Assembly (NCBI GenBank): GCA_023379075.1
Contig: JAMCSO010000026.1
Location: 1-37,219 of the forward strand
Origin: Candidatus Marsarchaeota archaeon
Lineage (GTDB): Archaea > Micrarchaeota > Micrarchaeia > Micrarchaeales > CABMGC01
DNA: 37,219 nucleotides
Direction of reading: 5' to 3'
The position numbers and the translations under genes were made by a program. Below are positions 35,596 through 37,219 of this stretch, piece by piece. How positions within the stretch are numbered: the first letter of the stretch is position 1; every line of letters begins with the position of its first letter. The notes below the pieces were generated by a model. It saw only the letters and a list, made by a program, of their open reading frames with translations. It did no database searches and was not told the DNA's origin.

Positions 35596-36792
35596 TTAAG
35601 TCTTGCTATAGATAAGTGTGACAACGTCTCGATCCTCAACCACATGTGTGCTTCCAACCTTTTGATTGCTGAACTTGACACTCTTTCCAGTTACGTATGC
35701 ATACCTTAGGTTGTTTGCTATCTTGGAATGGAGTGTCTTCGCAACAGTAAAAACCGAGCTACCTTTCTTGACTACAAGCGGCTTTGCAAGGTCCACCTCT
35801 CCATCTTTCGGTTTTAAGAATATTCTTATTAATTCAAGATTGTTAAATATTGCATCCTTCAGCTCCTCAATGTTCTTTTTTTCAGCGGCGCTTACAAGAA
35901 CCACCTCCATTTCTGTCTTCTCTACTATTTCCTTGCGTATGCGCTCGCATTCAGAACTGCTCAGTGTATCTATTTTGTTAAGAGCAACAATACCCTTTAT
36001 GTAAACGATGTTATCAGAGAGCATATCCACAAGCTGGTCCGAGTCAAGATCCTGATGCAGTATCAGATTTGCATTGTATATTCCGAATTCGTTGAATATC
36101 TTCATCACGCTTCTTGGATCCGGGACAGAGTGCCCATTTTTCTCAATGTTGATTCCTCCTGTACTTGATCGCTCTATTCTTGCCCTGGGGGCCCGCTTGT
36201 TTAATCGTATGCCGAGCATGTCCAGCTCGTCGAGAAGCGTGAAAAGATCTGTGTAATTGTTGATATCTACAACAAACAGAATTAACTCGGTCACCCTAAT
36301 AACGCTAGCGATCTTCGCTCCGCCCCCCTTTCCAGAGGAAGCTTCTTCTATAAGTCCGGGCAGATCCAGAACCTGGATATTTGCTCCCTTGTGACGTAGC
36401 ATTCCCGGAATGACTTCAAGGGTCGTGAATGCATATCCAGCAACTTTCGATTCGACATTTGTGAGAATTCCCAAAAGCGATGACTTTCCTGCATTTGGAA
36501 AACCGACAAGAGCAACGACTCCGTCACCGCTTTTCTTGACTGAAAATCCTGCACCCTTGACACTCTTTCGCTCTGTCATCTGCTTGTTTATGCTGGCGAT
36601 CTTTGCGCGTATCATACTAAGGTGCTTGTTAGTAGCCTTGTTATCTTTCGTTTTGGAATACTCTTCCCTTAACTCTTCAAGTTCTTGCTGAAGGCTTTTC
36701 TTGTCTTTCATAAGCATCCTACCTGCCACATCCTCGCAATCCAAGAATTTTTTTTCAAGCGAATATTTACGTATATCTGCATTACCCGACAT
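35596..36792 (-). CDS. DRG-type (Obg-like) GTP-binding protein with C-terminal TGS domain
   Basis: G1 'GFPNAGKSSLL', G3 'DLPGLIEEASSGKGGG', G4 'NKID'. The C-terminal 'VKKGSSVFTVAKTLH...' is TGS-like. Confidence 0.9.
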   Translation of the reverse strand: MSGNADIRKYSLEKKFLDCEDVAGRMLMKDKKSLQQELEELREEYSKTKDNKATNKHLSMIRAKIASINKQMTERKSVKGAGFSVKKSGDGVVALVGFPNAGKSSLLGILTNVESKVAGYAFTTLEVIPGMLRHKGANIQVLDLPGLIEEASSGKGGGAKIASVIRVTELILFVVDINNYTDLFTLLDELDMLGIRLNKRAPRARIERSSTGGINIEKNGHSVPDPRSVMKIFNEFGIYNANLILHQDLDSDQLVDMLSDNIVYIKGIVALNKIDTLSSSECERIRKEIVEKTEMEVVLVSAAEKKNIEELKDAIFNNLELIRIFLKPKDGEVDLAKPLVVKKGSSVFTVAKTLHSKIANNLRYAYVTGKSVKFSNQKVGSTHVVEDRDVVTLIYSKT

Positions 36793-36890
36793 ATATGGAC
36801 ATACATAACTTTATATTTCCGTCAGCATTAAACTTCATAGTTATTTAAATACCTATTTAATTGCTATAATAAATACCAATAGTGGATGAA

Positions 36891-36947
36891 ATGGCAGCAA
36901 AGAAAGCGTCTAAAAAGGCGTCAAAGAAGAAGTCAAAGAAGAGATAA
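36891..36947 (+). CDS. 18-aa Lys-rich micro-ORF (MAAKKASKKASKKKSKKR), function unknown
   Basis: ATG lies about 25 nt downstream of TATAATAAA (36866..36874), and the ORF is followed by a hairpin and T-tract. No homology recognised. Confidence 0.3.
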   Translation: MAAKKASKKASKKKSKKR

Positions 36948-36984
36948 GTGTTGAACTTTCTTGTTTTTCTTTTATTTTCAACAC
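36948..36984. terminator. hairpin with T-rich loop between convergent transcription units
   Basis: GTGTTGAA (36948..36955) pairs with TTCAACAC (36977..36984). The loop CTTTCTTGTTTTTCTTTTATT contains oligo-T runs typical of archaeal termination. Confidence 0.35.
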
Positions 36985-36994
36985 ATTTTCTTCT

Positions 36995-37219
36995 TTATGT
37001 CTTCATGAACCTTGAGAAATTCTTTTTGAAATTCCTGTCGTTTTTTATCATGTTCGCAAATCTTTTCATCTTATTAAAATCACCAAGAAGCTCCTTTACA
37101 TCTTTCTCCGAGGTTCCGCTTCCAGATGCAATCCTCTTTATTCTGCTCTGTTCCCTGACAAGCTTCTCGTCCTTTCTCTCATCTCTTGTCATCGATCCTA
37201 TTATGACCTTGTATTTCTT
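36995..37219 (-). CDS. srp54: signal recognition particle protein SRP54, C-terminal (M-domain) fragment; gene continues beyond the window end
   Basis: The frame stays open to the window edge. '[12 protein letters not shown]...[30 protein letters not shown]' is the conserved end of the SRP54 M domain. Confidence 0.85.
   Translation of the reverse strand, partial: KKYKVIIGSMTRDERKDEKLVREQSRIKRIASGSGTSEKDVKELLGDFNKMKRFANMIKNDRNFKKNFSRFMKT

Noticed and set aside
1-37219. Search for CRISPR arrays, IS/transposase or integrase genes, toxin-antitoxin pairs and restriction-modification or other defence genes.
   Set aside because: I saw no regularly spaced direct repeats, terminal inverted repeats, or recombinase/nuclease/methylase-like translations in any frame. 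The window is dominated by housekeeping genes.

Overview
This window looks like a compact, AT-rich archaeal chromosomal core region (standard code; TAA, TAG and TGA all terminate ORFs; TATA boxes about 25 nt upstream of many ATGs suggest mostly leaderless mRNAs). I support about 40 protein genes and 3 tRNAs. They cover replication and repair (GINS-like, RadA, family-B DNA polymerase, RNase HI), translation (L44e, aIF2-alpha, CysRS, MetAP, diphthine synthase, DRG GTPase, a probable unannotated L41e micro-ORF), tRNA maturation (long EndA, Kae1, Bud32), dNTP metabolism (dCTP deaminase, thymidylate kinase, NrdR), secretion (SecY, 3' part of SRP54, A24 prepilin peptidase), an ABC transporter with duplicated permease, and several surface or membrane proteins. 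One of these is a roughly 1240-aa glycoprotein-like giant. The three-unit-looking EndA, an intron-containing tRNA-Gly and eroded r-protein operons suggest a DPANN/Micrarchaeota (ARMAN)-like genome; this is inference only. I found no CRISPR array, transposase, integrase or recognisable defence system, and no clear-cut novel multi-gene system. The items most worth follow-up are: (1) a bacterial-type NrdR with a near-consensus NrdR-box palindrome in its own promoter; (2) a 375-nt GC-balanced, ORF-poor, hairpin-rich orphan region downstream of tRNA-Arg; (3) the giant surface protein with duplicated DUF2341-like modules; (4) a Vps4/katanin-clade AAA+ ATPase with a TPR N-terminus; (5) two tiny basic micro-ORFs; (6) the ABC / AAA-associated-domain / V4R locus. 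All homology calls come from reading the translations by eye, with no database search.
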